64,000 bases of DNA from Antedon mediterranea (lineage: Eukaryota > Animalia > Echinodermata), in NCBI RefSeq assembly GCF_964355755.1, contig NC_092672.1:7006001-7070000 (forward strand), written 5' to 3'. The position numbers and the translations under genes were made by a program. Positions 38,701-50,681 of the stretch are shown here, one piece after another (within the stretch, counting starts at the first letter, position 1; every line of letters begins with the position of its first letter). Under the pieces are notes generated by a model. The model saw nothing but the letters and a program-made list of their open reading frames with translations. It was not told the DNA's origin and made no database searches.

Positions 38701-41700
38701 ATTCATCAAATGCACCGGAAACCAGAATAGCAGGTTTATCGTAAATAAAACGAAATTATTATACAAATAATGAATGTTTATGAGTGCAATGGTACAAATA
38801 ATGGCACGAGGTGAATGATGAAAGGTTATATCAACGAGGCAAAGCCGAGTTGATATAACCTTTCATCATTCACCAAGTGCCATTATTTGTACCATTACAC
38901 GAATACAAAACATTCATTATTTGTTTTATATAACATCTAGACGTTTTTTTTTCGTACACAAAAATGTTTCAAAAAGTACTATTTAACGATCGTTGAATAG
39001 TGCGTACTATTGCACGCCATGTGACCCACATTCGTCCAATCAAATGACAGGAATTTATATAGGTGTTATATAAAAACGTATATTTACCTATTCTAGATAC
39101 ATGCAAGGCAACAATATAGCATCATTCGAAGGTGATGTCTTTCAGGATTTAAAACAATTGAAATATCTGTAAGTAAACCATGTTAAACCTATATAGAGTA
39201 GGCTAGTTTTAGTTGTGTAGGTAAACGTTTGTGTTTATTTTTTCTAAAATTAATCTGAAGCTCATTAAACATGTTTAGTTAAATTTCTTTATACCGCTAC
39301 AATAATAGTAGACTATATAATACTTTTACATAAAAAATACTATGGCAACAGCAGAAAATTGCCGTACATTTTGGAACTAATTGTTTATTTGTTTCATTAA
39401 CAGTAATATCCATGGTAATGGATTGGAATCCATCGGCAGAGGAACATTTTTCGGATTATCAAAACTCGAGTATTTGTAAGTATAAAGTATTTTAGATGTA
39501 CGTGATGGGTGACATTGTATGGGTTAATGGAGAGAACACCTTACAATTTAAATACAAAATAACAGAAAAAGATACAATTTAATTCCTAAGTAAAAGTGTA
39601 TATGTATAACAGAATGGTTCTGTGGTAACATTATTTATGTGTGCTCTATTTTAGAAATATGTCTGGAAATAACATTGGTAACGTTGATAAATTGATATTC
39701 AAGGACTTGATGTCTCTTAAAACATTGTGAGTAATGTATATAATCTTGTACTTTGGAAAATGGAAGTTACAGTACAATAAATGTATGTCAATATTGTGTC
39801 AGAGTAGCCTAGATATAATATAGACTTGCCCCAAGTCTGTATTATCTTTTTTTTTTATTTATTTTTTTTTATTTCGACCGCGATTTTTGTCTGAAAATAC
39901 AGACTTGTGAAACACGTATAGAAATCGATTTGCAGACCGCAAACATACGATAAGAATGACGTAGGTTATCATACCGTATTTGGCTATATGGGGCGGGCGG
40001 TATGTAAATATGGATTTCGAATCAACCAATGATCATTTTGTTTCAAAATGAAAGAGATCGAGTACGTAGGCCTACCAGTGCTTAATGTACGATCGAGACT
40101 GTTGAAATATAAAATAGTAATGCCAAGTTGTTTTGTTTATTAATTGTTTAGTCCTTGGCCTAGGCCTCTTTCGTAGGTCCTACTCAACTCGCACGTATGA
40201 CCTGCCAATTAAAACGCCAAATGAAGTAGGCCTACATACCACCGGCACACAACAGGGCTACACCACCACACAGAACAGGACAGGGTCTGGGTGGGAATTA
40301 AATCAAAATTATCTCCGCGTAATAAATGATCCATTCAATGTTTGATTTGCGGAGAAGCTAGCCTATCATATATCAAGACGAGTTTTCATGTTTCAAAGAT
40401 CCCATCAAATGTTTACCAGACTACTAGGCATATAAAATAATTTCTAGCCTTCAGAACTTTCATAAATGTACCCAAGTACACATTGTCTAAACGTAACATA
40501 GCGCATCCGCATCATCTTAGTTGTTGAGCTTTTGAAATTCTTAAATATGAATATTTAAACGGTGTTCGAGAGAGTAGCCAATCGCATGCAGCTGAAACTA
40601 GTCAACCGGATAATCGTATGCACCAAGAATTCTTGGTGTCAAACCACGTGACTTGTGCGTGTTTCCCCAGACGGAGTATCCAAAATCAAGTAGTATACGT
40701 ATGAAACGCCATATGTGCCAAAATATTTATCTTTTAACTAATATTAAGACAAAACTCAGTCTGGAACCCAGACTACCTAGATATAGAGAGATGAAAGAGA
40801 AATACTCGTCTACAAAGTATATACAGTAGCTCTTGCTCTTATAGCGGTGTTGTGTCCATGTAGGAACCGAGCTTCATGAAGTAAATCTTTCATTTCAGAA
40901 TATCTGATGATTATTCATTTTGCTGTTTGTTGGAAGATGTTGGTTTTAACGAAGTTGACTGTACGCCAGATGCAGACGTGTTTTCATCATGTGATAACCT
41001 TATGCAGAATGTGTACCTTAGAGCTTTCTTATGGTTATTTGGACTGAGTGCACTTCTAGGAAACAGTTTTGTAATCTTATGGCGATGGATAAATTGGCCT
41101 GCAAAGAAAAGTCCATCTTACACACAATCGTTTCTAATTACTAATCTTGCAGTTGCCGATATGCTTATGGGGTTGTATATGTTGATCATTGCCAGTGCCG
41201 ATTCCTACTATCGGGAAGATTACGTCACACATGATAGCGAATGGAAGGCCAGTCGAATATGTACGCTTGCAGGAATCTTAGCCTTTCTATCCAGTGAATC
41301 GTCTGTGTACACTCTAACCGTCATTAGCTGCGACAGGTTTTTGCACATTGCATTTCCATTTCGCCGTTTTCATCTTACACAAGAAACAGTAAAATTTGCA
41401 GTAGCTGTCGGATGGTTTCTGACCCTCGTCGCGAGTATTCTGCCAGCATTACCAATCCCGTACTTTAACGATGAGTATTACGGTGTCACCAGCGTGTGTC
41501 TTGCATTGCCATTGACGTCGGAAAAAGTCAGAGGATGGGAATATACCACTGCGATTTTTATAGGTTTTAATTCGTTATGCTTCTTGCTAATTTTTGTTTG
41601 TTATTCAGGTGTGTTCATTTTAATAAAGATATCGAATAGTAAAGTAAATCAAGCAGGACACATGAATTCTGACAAGAATAAGCACATTGCAATTGCTATA

Positions 41701-43249
41701 CGAATGGCTGTTATTGTCGCTACAGACTTCTGCTGCTGGGTACCCATCATAGTAATGGGTATTTTATCATTGACAACATCTGTTAACATACCGGCCACGG
41801 TATATGCTTGGGCTGCAGTCTTCATTTTGCCAATAAATTCAGCAATTAACCCATACTTATATACAATAGCATCTTTAAAGAAACTTCAAAGGCAACTAAA
41901 ACCTTCTAAACATGTATCAGAAAGTATGCCATCTACGGAAAGAACAAATATGAAAATTGGTATGTAAAGAAAAATTATCTATTTCTTTATGTAATTAGGA
42001 TGATAAATCGCGGTTACTGTTACTACAGAGAGAAAAAAAAAGTGTTTTTATTCTATATAAATAGTTTGATCTAAATTTAAACGAACATTTATTTTTAGTA
42101 CGTTTTCTAGCCCTCTAAGTAATAATAATGGAAACTGTTTTCCAAGGGTCCCTACGTTAATTATTTTATAATTGATTGTTAAATTTTGTTATGTTTGTCA
42201 CGGAAACTTACCGTCATCCATCACGTCACATTGTCTCTCTCCACCTAGTTACAGAAAGAACCACAAGCAATTATTATAGTCATGCTTTTAACTCATGTTT
42301 TTGTCATTGTTTACTCAGAAGGTGTAACCATCCCACGAAATCAAAAAGAGCAATCTACCGTTGAGAAAATCGAAGCTATGTTATCAACTGGAACAGATAG
42401 ACATGGGAAAGAACTGGATGCAGACGTACGTAAACACCTTTCAATGGCGTTGAGATTTGCTAAGCAGCAACAGGCTGGAATTGTACAAGTAAGAACGTTT
42501 ATTTATATTCTTATGTAAGTACACATCACAAAATAGAAACATTTCTGAATAAAATGACAATTCGGCGGGTAGGCCTGTCAATAGCTCGATCTCAATGGAG
42601 ATTCAAATAAAATATGCAACAATATAAATCTGAGCTTTCTCTAAACGGTATAATCATTCGTCAGGGCAAAACTAATGAGTTTTGAGCAAGTTGCTTATCT
42701 TTTTACAATAACGAATCATACGTCACTTATAGATGTCTCGTCTATCAAGACGACACACTTTTTCAGCATTAAATGACAGTTCCAAAATAATATCGTCCGA
42801 ACAATATCATTGTCTCTTTCATTAATTAATGTTAAAAATGTTTTCTTCTGAACAAATATGTTTGTACAATTTTTTGGTTGGATATGTCATTTTTAATTTA
42901 CAATAGTACTTTACAAAAATGTTTTCATGTAGTAAATTAGGTTCAGTTATATTAGATAATGCAAGTCGTTCCTGTGTTGTATCTAAAGGAACAAATGATA
43001 TGTCGTGTAAATGACAATAAAGATGTATGGATTGTTCTGTTTGGTTTCTTGCAGGTTGAGGTTGAGGATTGTGTGGAATCCGAAGAAAACACACCAGAAG
43101 AACCTGAAGACACTACAAAAAATCGATCTCAAGACGAAACACAAGAACGAAGCGTATACTGTATAGGAGTATCTAATCCTGCTTACGACAACGAATCATA
43201 CGTCACTAGAAGTCTCGCCTATCAAGACGACACATTTTTTCAGCATTAA
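23704..43249 (+). CDS. Gene B: complete ~2085-aa GRL101-like GPCR with SP - Tyr/Pro/Asp/Ser/Thr repeat - 7xSRCR - CTL-like - LDLa - kringle - 6xLDLa - LRR - 7TM
   Basis: 27 GT-AG coding exons summing to 6258 nt (divisible by 3): 23704-23776, 25325-25999, 27106-27405, 27653-27943, 28333-28626, 30054-30338, 31202-31495, 31719-32030, 32296-32598, 32952-33005, 33502-33840, 34054-34182, 34437-34676, 35125-35259, 35437-35553, 35889-36002, 36290-36442, 37043-37276, 37734-37842, 38092-38184, 38358-38429, 39097-39168, 39404-39475, 39655-39726, 40899-41959, 42319-42488, 43055-43249. Confidence 0.85.
23963..24215 (-). mobile_element. Degenerate 3' end of an RTE-like LINE with a (GAA)n tail
   Basis: (CTT)n run next to a minus-strand remnant resembling the RTE C-terminus (IANERSK*RDLEEGY). 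Confidence 0.45.
24223..25262 (-). mobile_element. Second, internally deleted copy of the non-autonomous Helitron (in the intron after the gene B signal-peptide exon)
   Basis: Shares the CTAG terminus and the ...CGAATTTTGCC.TTACGTAAATTTAT terminus with 20630-23173. Confidence 0.75.
25325..25999 (+). CDS. Gene B exon: ~34 copies of a YPDSTS-like hexapeptide (18-bp coding minisatellite), mucin-like
   Basis: Polypyrimidine-AG acceptor at 25324, T|GTGAGT donor at 26000, phase 1-1, 675 bp, no stops, unit-length variants all multiples of 3. Confidence 0.75.
26041..26943. mobile_element. Non-autonomous element with a long 5' palindrome (Crypton-like, tentative)
   Basis: About 170-bp palindrome centred on GAGGCAACGCCGAG, plus TATATAACATCT...AGGTGTTATATA inverted pair; a shorter copy lies at 38757-39072. 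Confidence 0.6.
27106..28626 (+). CDS. Gene B SRCR exons 1-3 (27106-27405, 27653-27943, 28333-28626)
   Basis: (I/V)RL.GG....GRV, GTVC...W....A.V.C..LG and terminal G(I/V).C scavenger-receptor cysteine-rich motifs; each exon phase 1-1. Confidence 0.85.
28880..29460 (-). mobile_element. 5'-truncated CR1/L2-group LINE 3' fragment
   Basis: ORF 29058-29459 with [13 protein letters not shown]...[13 protein letters not shown]...L..L.L..L..RR, typical of the RT C-terminal region. Confidence 0.8.
30054..32598 (+). CDS. Gene B SRCR exons 4-7 (30054-30338, 31202-31495, 31719-32030, 32296-32598)
   Basis: Exons 6 and 7 are canonical group-A-like SRCR (GRVE....[19 protein letters not shown]...A.FG.G.GPI..D.V.C.G.E..L..C....C.H.EDA.V.C); exons 4 and 5 are divergent. 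Confidence 0.88.
30913..31146. repeat. Two adjacent perfect inverted repeats (55-bp arms 30913-30967/31028-31082; hairpin 31094-31146)
   Basis: Arms are exact reverse complements. Confidence 0.85.
33502..33840 (+). CDS. Gene B exon: degenerate C-type-lectin-like domain
   Basis: C..YW......C N-terminus, C....S.L.S, and C.......YVCK C-terminus; canonical WIGL/EPN/WND motifs not evident. Confidence 0.6.
34437..34676 (+). CDS. Gene B exon: kringle domain
   Basis: DYRGT...C..W...HNFCRNP....PWCYT...C..P.C; 240 bp, same as gene A. Confidence 0.9.
37043..37276 (+). CDS. Gene B exon: two LDLa modules in one exon (234 bp = 2 x 117)
   Basis: Two C..F/Y.C....CI.....CDG..DC..G.DE..C modules. Confidence 0.9.
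38757..39072. mobile_element. Deleted copy of the palindromic Crypton-like element; absent from the same intron of gene C
   Basis: Matches both ends of 26041-26943; empty site near 47505. Confidence 0.65.
39818..40775. mobile_element. ~960-bp non-autonomous DNA-transposon insertion with a 10-bp TSD (Academ-like, tentative)
   Basis: CCTAGATATA duplicated at 39808-39817 and 40776-40785; TAG...CTA near-termini with small hairpins; empty site in gene C near 48253. Confidence 0.6.
40899..41959 (+). CDS. Gene B exon: hinge plus 7TM domain
   Basis: [33 protein letters not shown]. Confidence 0.93.
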
Positions 43250-43446
43250 ATGGCAGTTCCAAAATAATATCTTCCGAAAAATATTATGGTCATTTTAAAT
43301 GTAATGTTTCTAGCTATTCTTCGGGTCAATAGACAACTTTGCCAAATAGCGAAAATGTCTAATAAACACACTTTGTAAATAAATCGTAAAAAATATAAAT
43401 GTTGATTTTTTTTATTGTTTCTTTTGCTTATCTGGATAATGAAGTG

Positions 43447-43795
43447 TTTTTTAGTCGCGTGGAAGCGACTCTATAGTTCACTATGTCGGTCGGTCGGTCT
43501 GTCGGTCTGTCGGTCTGGTATCACTATGCGTTTTATCGCTTTCTGACCTTATCTTGATATCAGTTTAATCTAGCTAGGTCAATTTTTCACAGTATATTCC
43601 TTATGGCCAGGAATCGATGTGGTTATGTTTTCACGGTGCGCAATAAAAAATTACGTGGTCTACGCACGATTTAACGAAATCACGTTTGTAATCATATCTT
43701 CACAACCATGAATCACAATTAAATAAAATTTGGTACTCATAAATTTCAGGGCATAAATCCTCATATGGCAATAAAATTACGTGCGTAGCGCATGC
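43447..43795 (+). mobile_element. 5' part of a second HINE/Helentron-like family
   Basis: TTTTTAGTCGCGTGGAAGCGACTCTATA start with a short inverted repeat followed by a (GTCG/GTCT)n microsatellite, inserted in a T run. Confidence 0.65.
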
Positions 43796-43965
43796 AGTTT
43801 GGACAGTTTGGACACAAGATGGTCGCATACATACCATAATCACTGGCAGTAACGAGAAAGTTGTTTTATCCAGAACTTCCGATCTTAAACAATTACCTAA
43901 ATGTAAAAGGTAATGTGTAAGAATTTTAAATGTCCTAAATCTGTATTGTATTTTATGTAGATAAG

Positions 43966-44546
43966 ATGATTTTAGATTTTATTTGTAACGCATGTAATAA
44001 ACCATTTAAACCAATTCAATTGTTAAACGAACATCGTACGGGAAGCCTTTTAGACAACGACGTAGACGACGCTGAATTACGTAACGACTCTATTGTTTAT
44101 CCTGCTTTTGGCATACTATGCAAATTATGCGAGATTGATTGTACAAAGGGTTTTAAAATTGGTCATTTAAATGTCAGAAGTCTCTATAATAAGGTGGACC
44201 ATGTTCGGAGTTTACTTTCGGAATGCCGTTTCCATGTTTTAGGAATTAGTGAAACCTGGCTAGATCAAAATATACATAATAGTGAACTTGCAATCCCAGG
44301 ATACCTATTAGTTAGAACAGACAGAAATAGACACGGAGGTGGGGTGGCTATCTATGTAAACGAAAATGTTGATTTTGATGTCATTGACTTTGGTGAAAAT
44401 ACAATTGAATCGGTATGGATAAAAATTAAGCCGGTTAACACTAAACCGTTCGTTATAGGTAATGTTTATAGACCACCAAATTCGTGTACTGGATTTGTTG
44501 ATATAATGCATGATCAAATATCTTTTATACTAGATAGTATAAGAGA
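43966..44546 (+). mobile_element. LINE ORF2 apurinic-endonuclease fragment (CR1/L2 group), truncated at the gene C junction
   Basis: HLNVRSL, ISETWL, DR.RHGGGVAIYV, IESVWI, VYRPP endonuclease motifs. Confidence 0.85.
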
Positions 44547-47500
44547 GAGTTTTCCTGTGATAATGGACGCTGTTTACAATCTTCATTGCAATGTAACAGA
44601 ATTAAAGACTGTTTAGATGGAACAGACGAACTAAAATGTGGTAGGCGGTTTTTCTTGGATAACATGGCATAACATTAGCACAACATTTTATTGTAAGGGG
44701 AGTTTACAGTTGGAGAGATTTTTTGGATCTTACAGTGTATTATGCCTCATGTAATGTATAGAACAACAAAAGACTGATAGGTTGTAGATACAAAATGGGA
44801 AGATCTTTAATGTATGGAAAATTAGAAGGTGAAGCCTAGAACGTGCCGCACTGCAACTGCAATTGTATTAAAATAATTTCGCTCGAGTAACAAAAGTGCT
44901 GTATATATCCATTTATTTTTTCCGGTGCAAGTGTCACTTAATACAGTTATCTTTACCAGGTGAATGCAGCTCAGGTTTTTTACGATGTAGTGATGGTAAA
45001 TGTTTGCACCCAAAATTCAAATGTGATCGAATAAGAGATTGTCCAACAGGAATTGATGAGCCCATGGATGAGCCAAATAATTGCCGTAAGTAGTAGCAAT
45101 CAAATAATCACTAACATTTCACATTTCATTGAGTTTAGACAGGTAGGCTATTTGAAGCAAGTTTTTCTTAAGTGAACATATAAATGATGACAGTGACGAA
45201 ACTAGACTAGCTTTATCATTTGGAGGCAAGTTATCACTAATTCTTGTGTTGTCATTCCTATTATAGAATATACTGATACAAAATCGTTATGTAATAAAAC
45301 AGAGATGGTATGCGCAAATGGCATTTGCATTGATCAGCGTCACCTGTGTCTATTCGACTACGATGTGTATTCAGACGACGTTATAACAGGTTGTCGAGAT
45401 CGTAGTCACTTACAACATTGTGGTGAGTTGAGTTGTTTCATGTGTTGTGCAACGTTCGTATTTATTCAATAGTATAATCATACAACGATCCTGTTTATTC
45501 AGGAACGATGGTACTTGACAAAAATGTATAACATAAAGGTTTCAATTGCTTTGTTTATCGTGCATTTTCTACTTGTCACAAGTTATGACACGCCATATAT
45601 GCCTTTTTAAAATATTAAGTCAAAACACCTGGACCCGAAGACTGGCATATGAAAGTACTTTTCGTGAATAAGTGCATTTTGTAGGATTGTAGATAATAAA
45701 TAAATCATTTTGTTTGAAAAATCAAGTAAAGTAATTACTCACATTCTTTAGCTTTCGCCATCTTGGCGGAAGCAATGATGTGTATACGTGATCGAGAAAT
45801 ACAGCTCCTTCGTCGTGGTTGATTGCGTTATACCCCCCCCCCCCCCCTTCTTTCTGATTTGGATTGCTTTTACTTTGTAAATTATTTGTTTTATTTTTAA
45901 AGTGTGAATTATTTAAAGTACGATTGTTTTATTATTTATTACAAACAGTTTTCATTGGGGACCTACATGCAACATTATAGTAACTCGGCATTTATTTATT
46001 ATATTTTGATTTGAAGACCCTTACAGAAGACTCGGTTCTCGGGCAAATTGTTCCATATATTGTTCCACTAACACAAGAACTTATGAGATAACTCTCCTTT
46101 TTTGCAAAAGTTTCTAACGCTTTAAATCAAACTTTATCGTGTAGCTTCATTCGAGTGTCCAGCAAACACATACAAATGTCCGAGCTCGTACTGCATAACA
46201 ATCAAAAGCCGATGTGATGGGCGAGATGATTGCGAAAATGGAGAAGATGAACAGTATTGTGAGGATTATAACTGTCCAGGATACTTCAAATGTCAAGATG
46301 CGTCAAATTGTATTTCTCAAGGTCGTGTGTGTGACGGAATCAAAGACTGTCTTCGTGGGGATGATGAACTTTTTTGCGGTATGGTATGATGCCTAATCGA
46401 TACACATTTACAAATATATGAATACTAAATAAATAGAGAATCATTCATAAAATAAATAACACAAAGTGTCATCCATGTGTTCTAGATTGTTTGGATACGT
46501 TGATTTAGGAAAAAATGAAACCGTAACGAATTGATCTTTAAAATTGTTCAAACTACTTTTCATTGATAAATTGTGTCATAGATGTACAGTGTCCTCACGG
46601 GTGTTTCTGCCAGGACCTTTCATACAACTGTCATGGAGTAGAATGGACAGCGGAAAAAGCTGCCTTAATTTCGCCAGATGTACGATACTTGTAAGTAAAA
46701 TAATTTATATTTTTATATATGTATTGTTTATAAAAAGGTAACTAAACATTGTTTCCTTGCAAACAATTCCATACACAATTTGTCGCAGCCAATCATAAGA
46801 TCAAAGGACTGTTAAAACTTGGTCCTATATTGGCAAGGCTAGCTCAACATCATGTTGTTAAATTACCTTGATATTAAATAAGTTCTTTTTTTTTATTTTC
46901 AGAAATCTAAGCAATGTATCTATAGTTCCTTCAGAAGACACAGGTGAAGATCTGCTATTCTTAAATCCCAGTATTTTCAAATTAAATTTTGTTTTGTAAG
47001 TTATATTAAATAAAAATAATGTTTAAATAATATTTATGTATAGAGATGAATAACTATACGGCAGTAGTAGAGTATATTCAAGTATTTTGTTTACACTTGT
47101 AGATGTAGTATAACTATTGTGCTTTTTTTAAACATTACTTAATAATGAGCATTTCCTTTTTACAGAGATATCTCTGGAAACAATATCAAGAAACTAACAG
47201 GTGAAATGTTTTATCAGTTAGACCATCTGACCACTCTGTAAGTCATCATCACAATTTAGTAAACAGTTTTTAAAAATGGTTTTTGCATTTGGACTTTTGT
47301 CAATAGACGTAATACAGGCCGACATAACACCACAGCAATTCAACAAAGTAAATACTATTAACAAAAATATAAACTTAACTTTTAATACATGATATCTCTG
47401 ACGTCATTAGGTTCCTATCTAGAGATCATGTATAACGTTATAATATGTATTCATCAAATGCACCAGAAAGCAGAATAGCAGGTTTATCGTAAATAGTAAC

Positions 47501-50500
47501 GAAATTATAAACTTATATTTACCTATTCTAGATACATGCAAGGCAACGATATATCATCATTAGAAGGCGATGTTTTCCAGGATTTAAAACAATTGAAATA
47601 TCTGTAAGTAAACAATGTTAAACTTATATAGAGTAGACTAGTTGTAGTTTTTGGTAAACCTTTGAGTTTATGTTTTTCTAAACCTAATCTGAAGCTCATT
47701 AAACATGTTTAGTTAAATTTCTTTATACCACTACAATTATAGTAGACTATATATATAATACTTTTGCATAAAAAAAACATAAAAAACATACATCAACATT
47801 TCGGAACTAATTGTTTATTTGTTTCATTAACAGTAATATTCATGGCAATGGATTGAAATCCATCGGCAAAGGAACATTTTTCGGATTATCAAAACTCCAG
47901 TATTTGTAAGTATAAAGTATTTTAAAGATGTACGTGAAATGTATTGGTTAATGGAGAAAACACCTTACAATTTAAATACAAAATAGCAAAAAAATATACA
48001 CAACAATTAAATTCCTAAGTAAAAGTTTCAGATAGTTATTTATCGTGTATATACATATAACAGAATGGTAACATTATTTATTTGTGCTCTATTTTAGAAA
48101 TATGTCTGGAAATAACATTGGTAACGTTGATAAATTGATATTCAAGGACTTGATGTCTCTTAAAACATTGTGAGTAATGCATATATAATCTTGTACTTTG
48201 GAAAATGGAAGTTACAGTACAATAAATGTATGTCAATATTGTGTCAGAGTACCCTAGATATAGAGAGATGAAAGAGAAATACTCTTCTACAAAGTATATA
48301 CAGTAGCTCTTGCTCTTATAGCGGTGTTGTGTCCAAGTAGGAACCGAGCTTCATGAAGTAGTTTTTTCATTTCAGAATATCTGATGATTATTCATTTTGC
48401 TGTTTGTTGGAAGATGTTGGTTTTAACGACGTTGACTGTACGCCAGATGCAGACGTGTTTTCATCATGTGACAATCTTATGCAGAATGTGTACCTTAGAG
48501 CTTTCTTATGGTTGTTTGGACTGAGTGCACTTCTTGGAAACAGTTTTGTAATCTTATGGCGATGGATAAATTGGCCTGCAAAGAAAAGTCCATCTTACAC
48601 ACAATCGTTTTTAATTACTAATCTTGCAGTTGCCGATATGCTTATGGGGTTATATATGTTGATCATTGCCAGTGCCGATTCCTACTATCGGGAAGATTAC
48701 GTCACACATGATAGCGAATGGAAGGCCAGTCGAATATGTACGCTTGCAGGAATCTTAGCCTTTCTATCCAGTGAATCGTCTGTGTACACTCTAACCGTCA
48801 TTAGCTGCGACAGGTTTTTGCACATTGCATTTCCATTTCGCCGTTTCCATCTTACACAAGAAACAGTAAAATTTGCAGTAGCTGTCGGATGGTTTCTGAC
48901 CCTCGTCGCGAGTATTCTGCCAGCATTACCAATCCCGTACTTTAACGATGAGTATTACGGTGTCACCAGCGTGTGTCTTGCATTGCCATTGACGTCGGAA
49001 AAAGTGAGAGGTTGGGAATATACCACTGCGATTTTTATTGGTTTTAATTCGTTATGCTTCTTGCTAATTTTTGTTTGTTATTCAGGTGTGTTCATTTTAA
49101 TAAAGATATCGAGTAGTAAAGTAAATCAAGCAGGACACATGAATTCTGACAAGAATAAGCACATTGCAATTGCTATACGAATGGCTGTTATTGTCGCTAC
49201 AGACTTCTGCTGCTGGGTACCAATCATAGTAATGGGTATTTTATCACTGACAACATCTGTTAACATACCGGCCACGGTATATGCTTGGGCTGCAGTCTTC
49301 ATTTTGCCAATAAATTCAGCAATTAACCCATACTTATATACAATAGCATCTCTAAAGAAACTTCAAAGGCAACTAAAACCTTCTAAACATGTATCGGAAA
49401 GTATGCCATCTACGGAGAGAACAAATGTGAAAATTGGTATGTAAAGAAAAATTATCTATTTCTTTATGTAATTAGGATGATAAATCTGTGACTGTGTCTG
49501 TGACTACAGAGATTATAAAGTAGGGTAGCCCTCTCAGTAATAATAATAAACCCTGTTTTTCCGAGGAGCCCTACGATACTTATTTTATAATTGATTGTTA
49601 AAATTGTTGTCCAAGGAATTGTTATGTATGTCCCAGAAAAGTAATGTCATCCGTCACGACGTCACATTGTCTCTCAGCCTAGTTACAGAAACAACAACAA
49701 GCAATTATTATAGTCATGCTTTTAACTCATGTTTTTGTCATTGTTTACTCAGAAGGTGTAACCATCCCACGAAATCGAAAAGAGCAATCTACAGTTGAGA
49801 AAATCGAAGCTATGTTATCAACTGGAACAGATAGACATGGGAAAGAACTGGATGCAGACGTACGTAAACACCTTTCAATGGCGTTGAGATTTGCTAAGCA
49901 GCAACAGGCTGGAATTGTACAAGTAAGGACGTTTATTTATATTCTTACGTAAGTACACATAAAAAAAAAGAAACATTTCTGAATAAAATGACAATTCGGC
50001 GGGTAGGCCTGTCAGTAGCTCGATCTCAATGGAGATTCAAATAAAATATGCAACAATATAAATCTGAGCTTTCGCTAAACGGTAAAATCATTCGTCAGGG
50101 CAAAACTAATGTGTTTTGAGCAAGTTGCTTATCTTTTTACAATAACGAATCATACGTCACTTATAGATGTCTCGTCTATCAAGACGACACACTTTTTCAG
50201 CATTAAATGACAGTTCCAAAATAATATCGTCCGAACAATATCATTGTCTCTTTCATTAATTAATTTTAAAAATGTTTTCTTCTGAACAAATATGTTTGTA
50301 CAATTTTTTGGTTGGATATGTCATTTTTAATTTACAAATACTTTATAAAAATGTTTTCATGTAGTAAATTAAGTTCAGTTATATTAGATAATGCAAGTCG
50401 TTCCTCTGTTGTATCTAAAGGAACAAATGATATGTCGTATAAATGACAATAAAGATGTATTTATTGTTCTGTTTGGTTTCTTGCAGGTTGAGGTTGAGGA

Positions 50501-50681
50501 TTGTGTGGAATTCGAAGAAAGCACACAAGAAGAATCTGAAGACACTACACAAAATCAATCTCAAGACGAAACACAAGAACGAAGCGTATACTGTATAGGG
50601 GTATCTAATCCTGCTTACGATAACGAATCATACGTCACTAGAAGTCTCGCCTATCAAGACGACACATTTTTTCAGCATTAA
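44547..50681 (+). CDS. Gene C: 5'-truncated duplicate of gene B (LDLa-LRR-7TM GPCR); remaining exons intact, possibly a pseudogene or haplotype copy
   Basis: Starts mid-LDLa exon (44547-44640), then exons 44960-45085, 45267-45422, 46145-46378, 46582-46690, 46903-46995, 47166-47237, 47532-47603, 47834-47905, 48098-48169, 48376-49436, 49753-49922, 50487-50681; near-identical to B; no signal peptide or start seen. Confidence 0.8.
48376..49436 (+). CDS. Gene C exon: hinge plus 7TM domain
   Basis: ORF 48404-49444 differs from the gene B ORF at only about 3 amino acids. Confidence 0.9.

Noticed and set aside
43966-44616. Endonuclease-GPCR fusion protein
   Set aside because: The LINE frame enters the LDLa exon out of frame and stops at 44616, before the donor at 44641
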